Below the pieces are notes generated by a model. That model saw only the letters and a list, made by a program, of their open reading frames with translations. It was not told where the DNA came from and ran no database searches. The position numbers and the translations under genes are program-made. DNA of 63,949 bases, counting the filler, from Nemertoderma westbladi (taxonomy: Eukaryota > Animalia > Xenacoelomorpha), in the NCBI GenBank assembly GCA_032718475.1. It is 4 parts of 4 records of this genome, joined end to end, with 100 filler letters (N's around TTAATTAATTAA, not from the genome) between each part and the next. Parts side by side here need not be neighbours in the genome. Positions count along the whole stretch, not along the records: positions 23,737 to 42,889 come from JAUCBJ010005829.1; 3 more parts are not named here. The stretch is one strand, 5' to 3'. Shown one piece after another: positions 24,082 through 36,499 of the stretch. Numbering within the stretch: the stretch's first letter is position 1; each line of letters begins with the position of its first letter.

Positions 24082-26931
24082 TGTTATTATTTCTGGGGGG
24101 TCACTACACAGAAGCTGTGCGCTCTCAGTGAAGTGTTACTTATTGAGACACTAAAACTGATAATTCTAATTTACCTAAGTTACTTAATACTACAAATTAC
24201 TTACGATATGGGTGAGATTAATTCTCTAATTAAACACAACAAAATATTACGTACGAATTTTTTTTAGGGTAATTTTACAGGAAGTCTACAAACCAGCCTA
24301 ACAAAGGGTTAGATTTCTGGTTATTACAACGGACAGGGTACTACGGTATTTGAAATAATAAGTAGTAGTAAATATACTGCGTTGTCCAGATAGGAAAATA
24401 CCACCGCCTGACGACCTATAACCGTATCGCTATAGGTACTACGTTATGTATCACGGAGTGTTCCTACCTAGAAGTTAATAGAGCTAACGAATGTGCCTAT
24501 CAACCACTTTACAACACAAATATACTGCCTACACACTAATTACTCCGGAAAGCACTGTACACTAAACCCTAAATTAGGTACAAGTACCGGTACAACAAAT
24601 AATCAGTAGTTAAATATACTTGAACAGTTAAAAGAACCACGGCATCTGCTGGAGTGACCAGAGCACAAAGTCACCAGTCTTGTCCTACGCCAAGCAGCCC
24701 GTGTAGTACCGGGGTTAATTTAACTATAACGGTATGTATAACAAGCACAATTACTGTAGGAATAAACTTGGGGACATGAATGTTGCGAATAATCGCATAA
24801 ACTCTGAATAATAAATATTACGCTACCCGCACAGAATACTCAAACAAAATACAAACCAAACGCTGGCAGACTACTATCAAGCCTAAACAAACTACAGTAT
24901 GTGCAGATTCTGAAACTGTTAGTTAGTATGCGTTCTAACACGGTAGTACGACTTATTCTTTAAGAGGGGATTGACCTTACAGCATATGGCTGCCCCAACT
25001 TACTAACGGCACTTTATCAGACAAACTCTACACACGCAGCAATCCCTTCAGACCTAAGAATAGCTAGACAACAATCCAGCCTACAAAATATTTGAGTAAT
25101 AACTATTACGGTACCTGAACAGACCACACAAACAAACACAGGCCAAAATGCTGGCAGACCACGATCAAGCCTAAATAAACTACAGTATATGCAGATTCTG
25201 AAACTGTTAGTTAGTATGCGTTCTAACACGGTAGTACGACTTATTCTTTAAGAGGGGATTGACCTTACAGCATATGGCTGCCCCAACTTACTAACGGCAC
25301 TTTATCAGACAAACTCTACACACGCCGTAATCTCTCCAAACTCAACAACAGTCAGACAGCAGCTCAGCCTACAATTATCTGAACAATCTGAGCAGACTTA
25401 CACGTCTTCAGCTCAATATTAACTTACTAGGAAATAAAACCGACAGAAATAAGTAAGCTCCAAAAGAAACAAGGGGTGTACAGTCCCTAATCTCTTAAAC
25501 AGCCTACCGGTATGCACTAATCAAATTCGAATAATACTAATATACTTATACAGCAGTACCGGTTAGGACAGTTGGGCCTACAGACCTACAGAAGTACCGG
25601 TTCTGGCAGTTGGACCTACGGACCTACAGCAGTACCGGTTCTGGCAGTTGGGCCTACTGACCTACAGAAGTACCGGTTCAGGTTTACCGGTCACTACGGT
25701 ATTTTGCAACCTTATTGCTTACTGCAATAAGATCGATAACTGTTACTGTTCGCGCTTTTGAAGACCTTTAGCAGTTTAACCTGCCAAAATTTATATGTCT
25801 TTTAGTTAATTAAAACACCTTTAGCATACGACAATATTTTATGCTAATAAACAAAAACATTAGCCGAAGCCAGCCCATGCGCGATCATTCACCCGATGGA
25901 AACACCCGGGAGGCTGAATTCGGATGCTTAAATTTTATTATTGCAGTGTAAGGTTGCAGTGTAAACCTACTGTATTATTCGATTGATCGTTAATAATTAA
26001 TTTCTGACAGATATTATTGGCTTTCGGGAAATATTAACAGTTCCTTTTGGACGTGGCGCTCTATCTATTTAAACAGAGCTAGGACTTATACTAAACGCAA
26101 CGATAATGCTTATAATTAAAGTATAAGGCGCATTCTTTAGGAAATGCTTTGTTACCAATCACAATCATGCACACTATTCTGCCGACCGTCAGTATATTTG
26201 ATCACACATAAAGAGAACAGCAATTGACTCATGTAGTGTCTGCTAAATAACATTTGATTCAATACACACCACATTGATATAAATCGCAATTGTTATATAT
26301 AGCCTGTCTCTCTAACCTGTAGTGTATCAAGAAAATTGGGAATTTTGGGTGATTTATCCGTATTCTCCAAAGGGCAATATTTCATCAACAAATCTATACA
26401 ATTAATAACTGACGGTAAATAACAGTACAAACAATATGATTAGTGCAGTTAAATTAAGTGAGATTAGTTAGTGAGGTAACAGTTATACTTTCGATAATTT
26501 AAGCAGTTTTACTAGAGTTCTTCCCAAAAGCCGGTGTTATGGCGAAAAATGGGAACACAACAACAGAATCATATGAAGAATCATATGACTACCTGACTAT
26601 ACGAGGATACCAACTACCCTTATTCCCCGAAGCTCCCGTCCAACACAGAGGATGAGCATACAAATAGGAAATTCAGTTCAGTAGCTCTGGGATAGGTCAA
26701 AATCAACGCCCACTCAAATTCTATTGGCCGATACGGACAGCAGGGCTGAGGCAACCTCCCTAAGCTGGTTGGCCGATCGAACAGAACCCAGATACCTTCG
26801 TACAGCCCATCAGCCAATAAGCTGGTAGCTTGCACTATTTTAGCTATAGATCCCTTTTAGAGTATTCTAGCGACCGGGGGGGAACTGGCCAGCAAGGCAA
26901 ACGAATCAGTTATCCCACAAAAGCTTTTACA
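24082..26931 (-). mobile_element. Long LTR-like repeat, copy 2 (divergent subfamily; left boundary uncertain)
   Basis: Colinear with 1-2844 and shares the right terminus; candidate left end TGTTATTAT at 24082 lacks a matching TSD. Confidence 0.7.
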
Positions 26932-27206
26932 CACGATAACAATATAGAATTATAATTATTAGATAATAGTTAGTTAGTAATTAACGGACGGGAGTTTTTA
27001 TTGGTCGACCGTAACGCGATCTTAATGGTTGGTTCATGAACACATCGGTACTCCGAATCGAGAGATCCACTGAGACAGCAAAGCCCTGGCGCAAGTTTCA
27101 GTCAAAGAGTTTTCCATTGGAACAGCTTCAGCCCATCTGGTGTATCTGTCTATACAGGTAAATAAATTATTATGTGTATCCTTGTTAACATGGCAATGGA
27201 CCCACT

Positions 27207-28089
27207 CCCAGTGAAAAATGCGCATGCGTATCGCAAGTGATTTCAATGCGTCATGCGTTTTTATTGCGGCTCAATAAATAGCGATAAAACTCTTGTGATT
27301 CGCATGTGAATCACATGTAAAATAGGGAAGCGATTCCACGCATGCGATTCACAACTTATTTTTCGCATGTGATTCCGTGCATGAAAATCGCATGGGAATC
27401 ACACCTCATTTAACACTTATTTTACGCATGTTTTACACCATGAGATTCTCAAGAGTTAATTCCCATGCGAATCGCATGTTTATAATTACACTAAAGAATA
27501 TTAATTAAAATAAAGTTGCCTATCAAGAAATAAATAGTTTTAAAATACAAAATGGATGAATACGAATTATCTAATATGGCTGTCGAATACAGAGATTATA
27601 TTAATATATTTTATAGAATTGAAAATTATATGGAATAGATAAAAGTGTATCATGGTTATTCTAATCTATTTGTATTATCTTGTATATAACCAACCATTTC
27701 TAGTATTGATTCATACAGCATGTCTAATGTTCTATGTCTAGAAGGTGTAATGTGTAATGTAATGTAAGGTAAGTACAGTAGGCAGATGATACGGAAGCCC
27801 ATAGTATCAAACAGTAGTGGCTGTATCATATTTTCTGTCACAAAAGGTCTCAATGTATTACACAAAAATCACAACCAGTAGATTTTTGCGATATTTATGC
27901 GTCATGACGCTTGAAAGTCGCAAGTTAATCGCATGTGAGTTTCATGCGACTGAACGCAAGTTGTTGCGATATTTATGTGACATAACTCAAGTAAATCGCT
28001 TGCGTAAAGGTCGGGCCATAACTCTTGGGAATCACTTGAGATACGCCTGCGTTGCACGCTTGCGATACGCTTGCGCACTTTTCACTGGG
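27207..28089. mobile_element. 883-bp EnSpm/CMC-like non-autonomous transposon
   Basis: 33-bp TIR starting CCCAGTGAAAA (3 mismatches), 2-bp TSD CT, subterminal CGCATG repeats. Confidence 0.8.
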
Positions 28090-28634
28090 CTATCTCGACG
28101 TGAATATCAGAAGATCGTTGATCTGGAGCGTCGAAGCGATAAATCCCTGAGTTTGTATGTCGATGTATCTTTGATTTTTGACATTGTACAGTTGTCAAGT
28201 TTGCGTCCATGCGGTAATATCACGGTTGATTTTATACCATACAAACCGCGATGTTATTAATTTGCGTGTTGACTTAACATCAGGATGGCTAAGGCTGTGG
28301 AGTGTTTCAAAAATTGATCGTCGCCAACTTTGAGGCACTAATGGTCTAGCAACTCCAGTCGATATATCACATAATACTCTATGTGTGGAATTTTCTATAG
28401 GGGCATCCCAGAGAACTAAATTTGTTATAGCAGTTCTAGAAGCTTGAATTTCGGGATCGATTTCTTGAGCCTCTGCCAATAGAGTATAATCGACAGTTGA
28501 TGACTGTATTGTATTGGTTGATAGTGTAGCTCGGGATAATGAGTCTGCGACTAAATTGTCTTTCCCTGAAATGTGGGATATCTTGCAAGTAAATTCTGAT
28601 ATGAAGGACAATTGGCGTGATTGTCGAGGTTGTA

Positions 28635-29351
28635 GGGGCCGTTCACAAATCAGCTGACGCACCGAGGGGGGAGGGAGGGGTCAATGAGGGGTGTCATTAA
28701 AGTGTCATCAGGGGGGGGAGAGGGGTATAGCCAAGGTGTCAGCTGATTTTTTATAAAATGTGCTTTTCATACCTTTCTTTCCTTTTTGGTTCTTTTTTCT
28801 CAGTATAAACTCTGGTGTCAAATAAAGCAAGATGAGTTTGTCAGTATGCACCCAACATATTTTAGTAGTGCCATCTGTCGGTACAGTACATAAGCAATAT
28901 GTACCTTGTACCTAACATTATAAAATTGTCGAGATGGACTGTAGTGAATAAAACTTTGAAAATAATTGACTTAAATTTATTAAAGTTGTTACAATTAAAT
29001 TGTAACAACTTTAATAAATTTAAGGCAATTGAGTTTTAAGTGTAGGTACAAAACGTTTTCTTGTATGTTTAACACTAGAAGACCCATGGTGTCAAAAATG
29101 ACGATTTGTGTTTAATCAAGTTTTGTTATGAATTACTCAGACTTTCAAAAGAATCAAGAAGTAATTAATCCTGAGAAGTACTGCCATACGACATTGTAAT
29201 TCTTTTTATCGCATTATATTAAAGCTGACGCGTCAGCATAGGGGGGGAGGGGTCAAACCAAAGTGTCATCAAGGTGTCATACGAGGGGGGGGGGGGGGGG
29301 GGGGGGTCAAAAATGGCCTGAAAAAGTGTCAGCGGATTTGTGAACGGCCCC
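28635..29351. mobile_element. 717-bp MITE with TA target duplication
   Basis: TIR GGGGCCGTTCACAAATC at both ends, flanked by TA; removal restores the Gypsy frame RDTLQPRQ. Confidence 0.85.
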
Positions 29352-29659
29352 TAATGTATCGCGGCCTGACTTTAATGCAAATGTTAGGGGTTTATGGTCC
29401 GTATAAATGTTAAACCTTCGCCCTTCGACAAAGTACCTAAAGTGTTTAATGCTGAGCACTATTGCAAGTAGTTTCGCTTGGACGTAATTTCTTTGAAAAG
29501 AATGCGACCGGGCGCCATTCTTTATCTATTAATTGCTCCAGTACAGTAGGCCTACAGCCCCAACCAGAGGCATCGGTCGTAATTGCAGTATCAGCACTAG
29601 CTTGTGGGTGGTAGAGCATTAGATATTAATATCTACTGTATAAATTTGATTAACTAATT

Positions 29660-30606
29660 GAATGGATGATCCCACACCCCAATATGAGTATCTTGAAGAA
29701 CTGAAAATTGCTTAATGGATATAAAAAATGTGGATGAAAAATAATTTTCTTCAGATTAATAATGAAAAGACAGAAATCTTATTGTTCCAATCACCCAATT
29801 AGTGGACCCCGTTAGACGAGTTAGTTCAGATCGCGTGCTATGTAGTAAGTCTGGGAGGAATATTGGATTTGAGATGGATAGTCATTTAATTTGTGAAAAG
29901 CAGATTAATAAGATAGTACGTGAGTCATTCTAACACCTGCGAAACTTTGCGAAAATACAGTAAGGCGGAATATTGGATCTCATGACATTTCAACTCTTAT
30001 TCATGCACTAATCTCGAGCAAATTGGACTCATGTAATTCTTTGTATTACGGTCTCCCTTCTAAATTACGCGAGAAACTCCAAAATGTACAGAATAGTGCA
30101 GCACGACTGCTTTATGGAATCAGAAAGCGGGAACATACTGTATTACCCCCTGGTGACCAGTACTGAGACGAATTAATTATAAAATAATTAAAATTGGCTT
30201 ATTTACATATAAATGTCTCCATGGCCTAGCTACGTCGTATCTTAGTGATTTAACTCACTATATTTGAGCCAATTCGTGATCTCCGGTCACGAAACAGTGG
30301 ACTGCTGGTTGTACCCAAGTTCCGTTTGGACACATACGGAATGAGTGCGTTTAGTGTTGCTACACCACATGTCTGGAATGAGCTCCCTTCAACTGTACGA
30401 AATTCACCATCTGTGAACTCTTTTAAAACGTCATTGAAAAGCCACTACTTCAAACTCGAATTTAAATAATTCTGTTAATATTATATACTGTATATGCATA
30501 CCCATACATATCTGTTTTTAATTCATTGCCTGTTTTTATTGAGTTTTTAAGCGCCTTGAACACAATGATAATAAGGCGCTATGTAAATATTTTATTATTA
30601 TTATTA
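29660..30606 (+). mobile_element. L2-clade LINE 3' fragment
   Basis: QINNEKTEILLF and IHALISSKLDSCNSLYYGLP...KLQNVQNSAARL; ends GCGCTATGTAAAT followed by (TTA)n. Confidence 0.85.
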
Positions 30607-31339
30607 GCACTTGAAACAGTATTGTTATAGTATAGAGTATAGTTTAATAAAACAATAACACTGGTCGAAATGGGTATTATTTTTAAAACATTGTATTTTT
30701 GATTATTTTTTTTATTAGTTTTGGACCTTGATACTGTAGTAATCAAGTTGCCCAAACCCTAATTAAAAATTAAAAGTGTAGTCACGTTTACTTAGGGTTT
30801 ACCTATAGGCCTACGTGATGATAAAACACCGCAAGTGAAATTTCAATTTTGAATTTTGCGCCTTTTCTGCTAATAATAAGAAAGATACAAAAGTAAAGTA
30901 AAAAAGATACAAATTTCAATGAAAACCGAATGTGCGTTTTCTTATTATCTATGCAATCTAGCAGCAGCTTGGTTTAGTGGTGACATTCATGGGCTTCCAA
31001 TTAGGGAAGCTTTACTCGAATAAGAGCATTTGGGCGTAAGATGATAAATGGTGGGTGCGCTCTTGTTCGAGTAAATACGGTTCCATTCTGAATATGAATT
31101 TCGAGACAAACACATTTAAATATTGTAATGATAACTGTGACCTATTAAGGATTTTATTAGAAGAACATATATATTGAAAATTTCATGCAATTTGGTCCAG
31201 TGGTTCCAGAGAAACAGGTACATAAGTAAAAAATAAAAACGAAAGATAAATTTCTGAGATAAAGCCATTTAAAGTTTTCGAACCTTCCAACCAGTTTTTG
31301 TTAAATGGAGGGATAATTGAAATTATATTCCAAAAATAA

Positions 31340-32090
31340 GGATTAATAGTTCTTAACTCAAATTTTCGATATGGGGGTTTTCCGGGGTTGTGATTGCATT
31401 CCTGCTGTCAATTTTAATGTTTGATGAATTCCATACGGTCAGTCTGTCTGTTTATGTATGTTCTTCAGTCTGTCTGTAAGTCATTAATTGAGGAAACACA
31501 CTACCGAACTGAAATTTAGGTTATGGGATTTTTCCTGTTTTAAGTTATTTCAGACTGTCTTACTGGCTGTCTTACTGGCAGTCTGTCTGTTTATCAGACA
31601 ATATGTCTGTTCATTAGTCGAAATTTAGGAAAGGACACGACCTCGATAACACTTTAAAGGGGTTTTCCTGGTCGGTGATTCCATTTCTGGAGTCAGTATT
31701 CAAATATAATGGCTTTATGTTGGTCTGTATACCTGTCGGTCTATTCGTCAAAATTTAACAGACAGCCGGATAGACCGTCTAAGAATCCTTTAAACGTTAA
31801 AACAAACATCAGATATGCAATCATTGACCAGGAAAACCCCTATAACAAATTTTCAGTTGTGTATATTATTCATGATTTTTGACTGACAGACAGACAGGGC
31901 AAAAGACAAACAGATAGACATGCAGGCAGACAGAAAGACATTCAATCTAGAAAACATGAAACATTATAATCGACATTAGAAATGAGATCACTAAACAGGA
32001 AAAATCCCAAGCGAAAATTTTACAATGCATGTGTTTCTTTAATTTTGTCAGACAAATCCGACTGACAGGCAGACAGACAGCTATAACACG
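31340..32090. repeat. ~140-150-bp degenerate units with (GTCT)n in head-to-head arrangement
   Basis: GGGGTTTTCC...CAGTCTGTCTG units at ~31370, 31520 and 31655; reverse-oriented units at 31800-32080; related to 40466-41000. Confidence 0.55.
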
Positions 32091-32569
32091 ATAACTAAAA
32101 GAGATCTCGCTATCTCGTTTTCAGTTTTGAAATCGCCATTAAATTTTGATCCAGAATCCGGTAAAAAAATATTTATATTTCTTAAAATGTTTCTCACATA
32201 CACTTGCCCTGAAGTTTGTATTACCCCAGGGGTCAGTGCTAGGTCCTGATATAGACTCGCTCGCGGTCGCAGGTTATTAGAAAAGCAAATACTCTATAAT
32301 AAGAGTCGTTGATGGAACTTACACATTGTACAATTACATAGATATTTTACATTGAGTTACCTTAAATTTTGTGATATTATAGAATAATATAGTTAAATTT
32401 ATATAAAACATTAATCTAAATACTACATCAACTCAGTTTGGATAATTACTTTCAGTTTTAGATAATAACGCCCACACATCTATAGTTTGTACATCCTATA
32501 GACGGACAGACAGACCGAGGTACCCCAGTTTTTATGTTGACATCACAGGTTACTTATTTGTAACCTAAA

Positions 32570-34519
32570 TCATTTGTCACAAGAACCGCAATTATACTTG
32601 ATGCCTTTATGAATTGATTCCTCGTGTCTCTTTAGAGTCCGTTTGCCATTAAATTGTTTGTCACAATAACCGCAATTATACTTGATGCCTTTATGAATTG
32701 ATTCCTCGTGTCGCTTTAGAGTCCGTTTGTCACTAAATTGTTTGTCACAAGAACCGCAATTATGCTTGATGCCTTTATGAATTGATTCCACGTGTCTCTT
32801 TAGCATCTGTTTGTCATTAAATTGTTTGTCACAAGAACCGCAATTATACTTGATACCTTTATGGATGCCTTTATGAACTGATTCCATGTGTCTCTTTAGA
32901 TGTCCTTTTTGAGTAAATTGTTTATCACAAGAACCGCATTTATATTTGATACCTTTATGAACTGATTCCAGGTGTTTCTTTAGATGTCCTTTGTAAGTAA
33001 ATTGTTTGTCACAAGAACCACAATCATACCTGATGCCTTTATGTACTGATTCCATGTGTTTCTTTAGGACTCCTTTGCCACTAAATCGTTTGTCACAAGA
33101 ACCACAATTATACTTGATGCCTTTATGAATTGATTCCTCGTGTCTCTTTAGAGTCCGTTTGCCATTAAATTGTTTGTCACAAGAACCGCAATTATACTTG
33201 ATGTCTTTATGAATTGATTCCTCGTGTCTCTTTAGAGTCCGTTTGCCATTAAATTGTTTGTCACAAGAACCGCAATTATACTTGATGCCTTTATGAATTG
33301 ATTCCTCGTGTCGCTTTAGAGTCCGTTTGTCACTAAATTGTTTGTCACAAGAACCGCAATTATGCTTGATGCCTTTATGAATTGATTCCACGTGTCTCTT
33401 TAGCATCTGTTTGTCATTAAATTGTTTGTCACAAGAACCGCAATTATACTTGATACCTTTATGGATGCCTTTATGAACTGATTCCATGTGTCTCTTTAGA
33501 TGTCCTTTTTGAGTAAATTGTTTGTCACAAGAACCACAATCATACTTGATGCCTTTATGTACTGATTCCATGTGTTTCTTTAGGCCTCCTTTGCCACTAA
33601 ATCGTTTGTCACAAGAACCACAATCATACTTGATGCCTTTATGTACTGATTCCATGTGGGTCCTTATATGTCTTTTTTGATGAAATTGTTTGTCACAAGA
33701 TTCACATTTATACTTTATACCTTTATGTACTGATTCCATGTGGGTCCTTATATGTCTTTTTTGAGTAAATTGTTTGTCACAGGAAACGCATTTATACTTG
33801 ATGCCTCTGTGAATTGATTCCATGTGTTTTTTCAGATATCCTTTGACACTAAATTGTTTGTCACAAGAACCGCAATTATACTTGATACCTTTATGTACTG
33901 ATTGTATGTGGATCTTTAATTTTTGCTGGAGTTTATAAACTTTATCACAATAAACACATTTAAATTGTTTACATGTATTAACCGAAATGTCTACTTCACC
34001 AACAGATTGTTTCTCAATACATAAATCTTGTCTTACAACTCGAGATGTATCTTCTGAATTACCACAAATAGGTTCCGCTTCTGATTTAAAAGTGATAACG
34101 TTTATACCGCTGTTTGTGTTACCGACTTGATTATTAGAATATTGTTCATCTGTACAGAACTCTTGTTTGATCTTTCGAGATTTATCTTCGGAAGTACCGC
34201 AAATAGCTCCCGCTTCTGATTTAAAACTGATAACGTTTATACCGCTGTTTGTGCCTATTTGATTATTATAATATTGTTCATCTGTACAGAACTCTTGTTT
34301 GATCTTTTGAGATATATTTTCAGAAGTACTGCAAATAGGTTCCGATTTAAAACTGATAGGCCTAACGTTTATACCGCTGTTTGTGTTGATTTCTTTATTA
34401 ACAGTTGGTGGAGCGAAGCAGTTCTCTTGTTCCTCATCACCGGACTGAGAATCACTTTCATCTGCCATGATACGATCCAGTAAATCCCAAGCAGCGTCAC
34501 TCAAAGTATTCGAAGACAT
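32570..34519 (-). CDS. Intronless tandem C2H2 zinc-finger protein (16 complete fingers)
   Basis: 649-aa ORF; 28-aa C-x2-C-x12-H-x4-H units with KGIKY linkers; acidic, internally repeated N-terminus. Confidence 0.92.
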   Translation of the reverse strand: MSSNTLSDAAWDLLDRIMADESDSQSGDEEQENCFAPPTVNKEINTNSGINVRPISFKSEPICSTSENISQKIKQEFCTDEQYYNNQIGTNSGINVISFKSEAGAICGTSEDKSRKIKQEFCTDEQYSNNQVGNTNSGINVITFKSEAEPICGNSEDTSRVVRQDLCIEKQSVGEVDISVNTCKQFKCVYCDKVYKLQQKLKIHIQSVHKGIKYNCGSCDKQFSVKGYLKKHMESIHRGIKYKCVSCDKQFTQKRHIRTHMESVHKGIKYKCESCDKQFHQKRHIRTHMESVHKGIKYDCGSCDKRFSGKGGLKKHMESVHKGIKYDCGSCDKQFTQKGHLKRHMESVHKGIHKGIKYNCGSCDKQFNDKQMLKRHVESIHKGIKHNCGSCDKQFSDKRTLKRHEESIHKGIKYNCGSCDKQFNGKRTLKRHEESIHKDIKYNCGSCDKQFNGKRTLKRHEESIHKGIKYNCGSCDKRFSGKGVLKKHMESVHKGIRYDCGSCDKQFTYKGHLKKHLESVHKGIKYKCGSCDKQFTQKGHLKRHMESVHKGIHKGIKYNCGSCDKQFNDKQMLKRHVESIHKGIKHNCGSCDKQFSDKRTLKRHEESIHKGIKYNCGYCDKQFNGKRTLKRHEESIHKGIKYNCGSCDK

Positions 34520-35241
34520 ATTTAATTTTAATACAATTCGGACTAACTGACGTATAAATGTGAGACTTAATTAGTATTAGAGTACAAATATAATTGAAAT
34601 TAATGACACAAACCCCACCAGTTGTGGGTTTTATATACTTTCTGGGTTTGGCTGACTGTAATACTGAATGCAGCTGCTACAATGCTTACGGGAGTGGAGC
34701 GCCTTATAACTGGACGTTGTAATATTATTCGCTTAGAATTAGAGCCAAATACAATAGATATAACAGATACGCCGGTAGCTACTGAGAACATGGGGCCTCT
34801 ATCCCTCTACCAGTATAGGCCTACCAGAAACTATAATAGTCAGCGCATTTGATTCAGAGAATACTGGAACTTTACAATGGAAAGGGGTTGTAGTAACAAT
34901 ACCTCGCTAGTAGTTAGGCATCTTGTGTAAGCTGTCAATCACCCAGTTGGCGGGCTACAAACTACATTGCAAAGAGGGAAGGAAGAGTTGGTTGGCTTGG
35001 CTTGGCTGGGTTTATATATAGTTAGGCTTGAAATATATAGTTTACATATTTGAATAATTTGGACAGTGTAATAGTGGAGTTTGTGACGTGCTATATATTT
35101 TTAATTACTTGTCTGTCAATAAATAATAATACTAATAAAATATCAAGGCATCTCTCTGGCCACTCCATTGTATTCACATTCCATTGATAGCTTATGTTCT
35201 GTGTAAGTGCAATTCAACTAGTTGGAGTGCTCTGGTGCAAT

Positions 35242-35965
35242 CAGGCCCGTATGGGTGACCTTAATGTCTGGGGGGGGGGGGGGGGGAAACCCATAACTGG
35301 GTGTCGGGGACATATAACAAAGTGAAAGTTAATTTAGTACTTAAAGTAAAATCAATATTGTTGAAGAGTATGTGGGGCGAGCCACGAAGTTGGCGGAGCC
35401 TTGGCGAACTAACACTCTGATAAGTGAGTGGGTCAATAATAGCAAAGTTGTTGTCGTTACGATTTTGACATGCCAATAAATTTGTCGGATTTAATTAAAG
35501 TTGTCTAATTGACAATTTGTAGGCATAAATATGTCAAAAACTTAAGGTTGAAGTTAATGAAGTTACAAAAAATAATATTTAGATATGGATACCAGCGCAA
35601 GCAACCATCAGCGCCAGCGCCTAGCCTATTAGCAGCAAGCTGGCTACAGACAATGGGTTAACAACGAACAACCCGCCATGGCATCCAATGAGAGAACCTG
35701 GAGCTTTTGTGTATCTTTAGTAATTATTATATGAGCTGCAATCTGATAGGCCTAGAGTAATTAAATCACTATCAAAATCTATCTTTCCAGCCCTGAGTAG
35801 CAACATAGAACAAATACATAACTTACACCATACAATGTAATTCGGCACAGGCTCTGGCAGTGCCAGTGCCATTATAATTGGACCAAAAAAGTAATGGTGG
35901 AGAGTCAGGTTAGTGGGTAGAAGCAGTATTAGTTTGTGAATCCAATAATATTGATTACCAAAAAT
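35242..35965 (-). mobile_element. Partial hAT-like non-autonomous element (family of 51466-53492)
   Basis: Starts CAGGCCCGTATG; reverse complement aligns to 53170-53492 and 51595-51865. Confidence 0.75.
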
Positions 35966-36499
35966 ATCATGACTAATAAGATCTATGGGTAAGTGTCTAT
36001 GATCTATGATGTGATCTATGAGCTGTACTGGGTGTTTAGAGTAGGGCGGAGTTAACGGTTGTAGAGAGTCTCTTTAATATCGGTAGGCCTACCAGCAGGG
36101 TCGGATTAACCTAGAGGCAAACTGGGGCCTCAAAAAAAATTATATGCATTAAAAATAAAACAATGCATAAATATATAAATATTTAAACCGGTATAAATAT
36201 AGTCAGTAGCCACAAAAAGAAAATTTAAAGTAAATTTAAATAATAATGATAACATTTGTTCCCGAAAACCAGGGGCCTCATCTACCTGTCTACGGTACAT
36301 TCCCTTCCCGAGTACTCTACAAACACACGAGAAATAATTAATAATATTTTATAAGTATTTTATAAATGAAATATTTTATGCGAAATAAATACTAAAATCC
36401 CACCACCAACACACCCACCCCCCCTCACCTGAAAATATTTTGGTCTGGGGCCTCAAATTTGTCTTTGCCTAGGGGCAACACATGCTTAATCCGGTTTAG

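Larger units (their letters stand above)
27030..29622 (-). pseudogene. Ty3/Gypsy pol remnant (RNase H then integrase), split by two MITEs
   Basis: TTDAS, WRPVAFFSKK, YTDHKPL, ISGKDNLVADSLSR, zinc-finger [37 protein letters not shown]. Confidence 0.9.

Noticed and set aside
24082-29622. LTR-like copy 2 as the LTR of the adjacent Gypsy pol
   Set aside because: Integrase is truncated mid-core ~100 bp from the terminus with no PPT, and the pol is much more decayed; adjacency looks like independent insertion.
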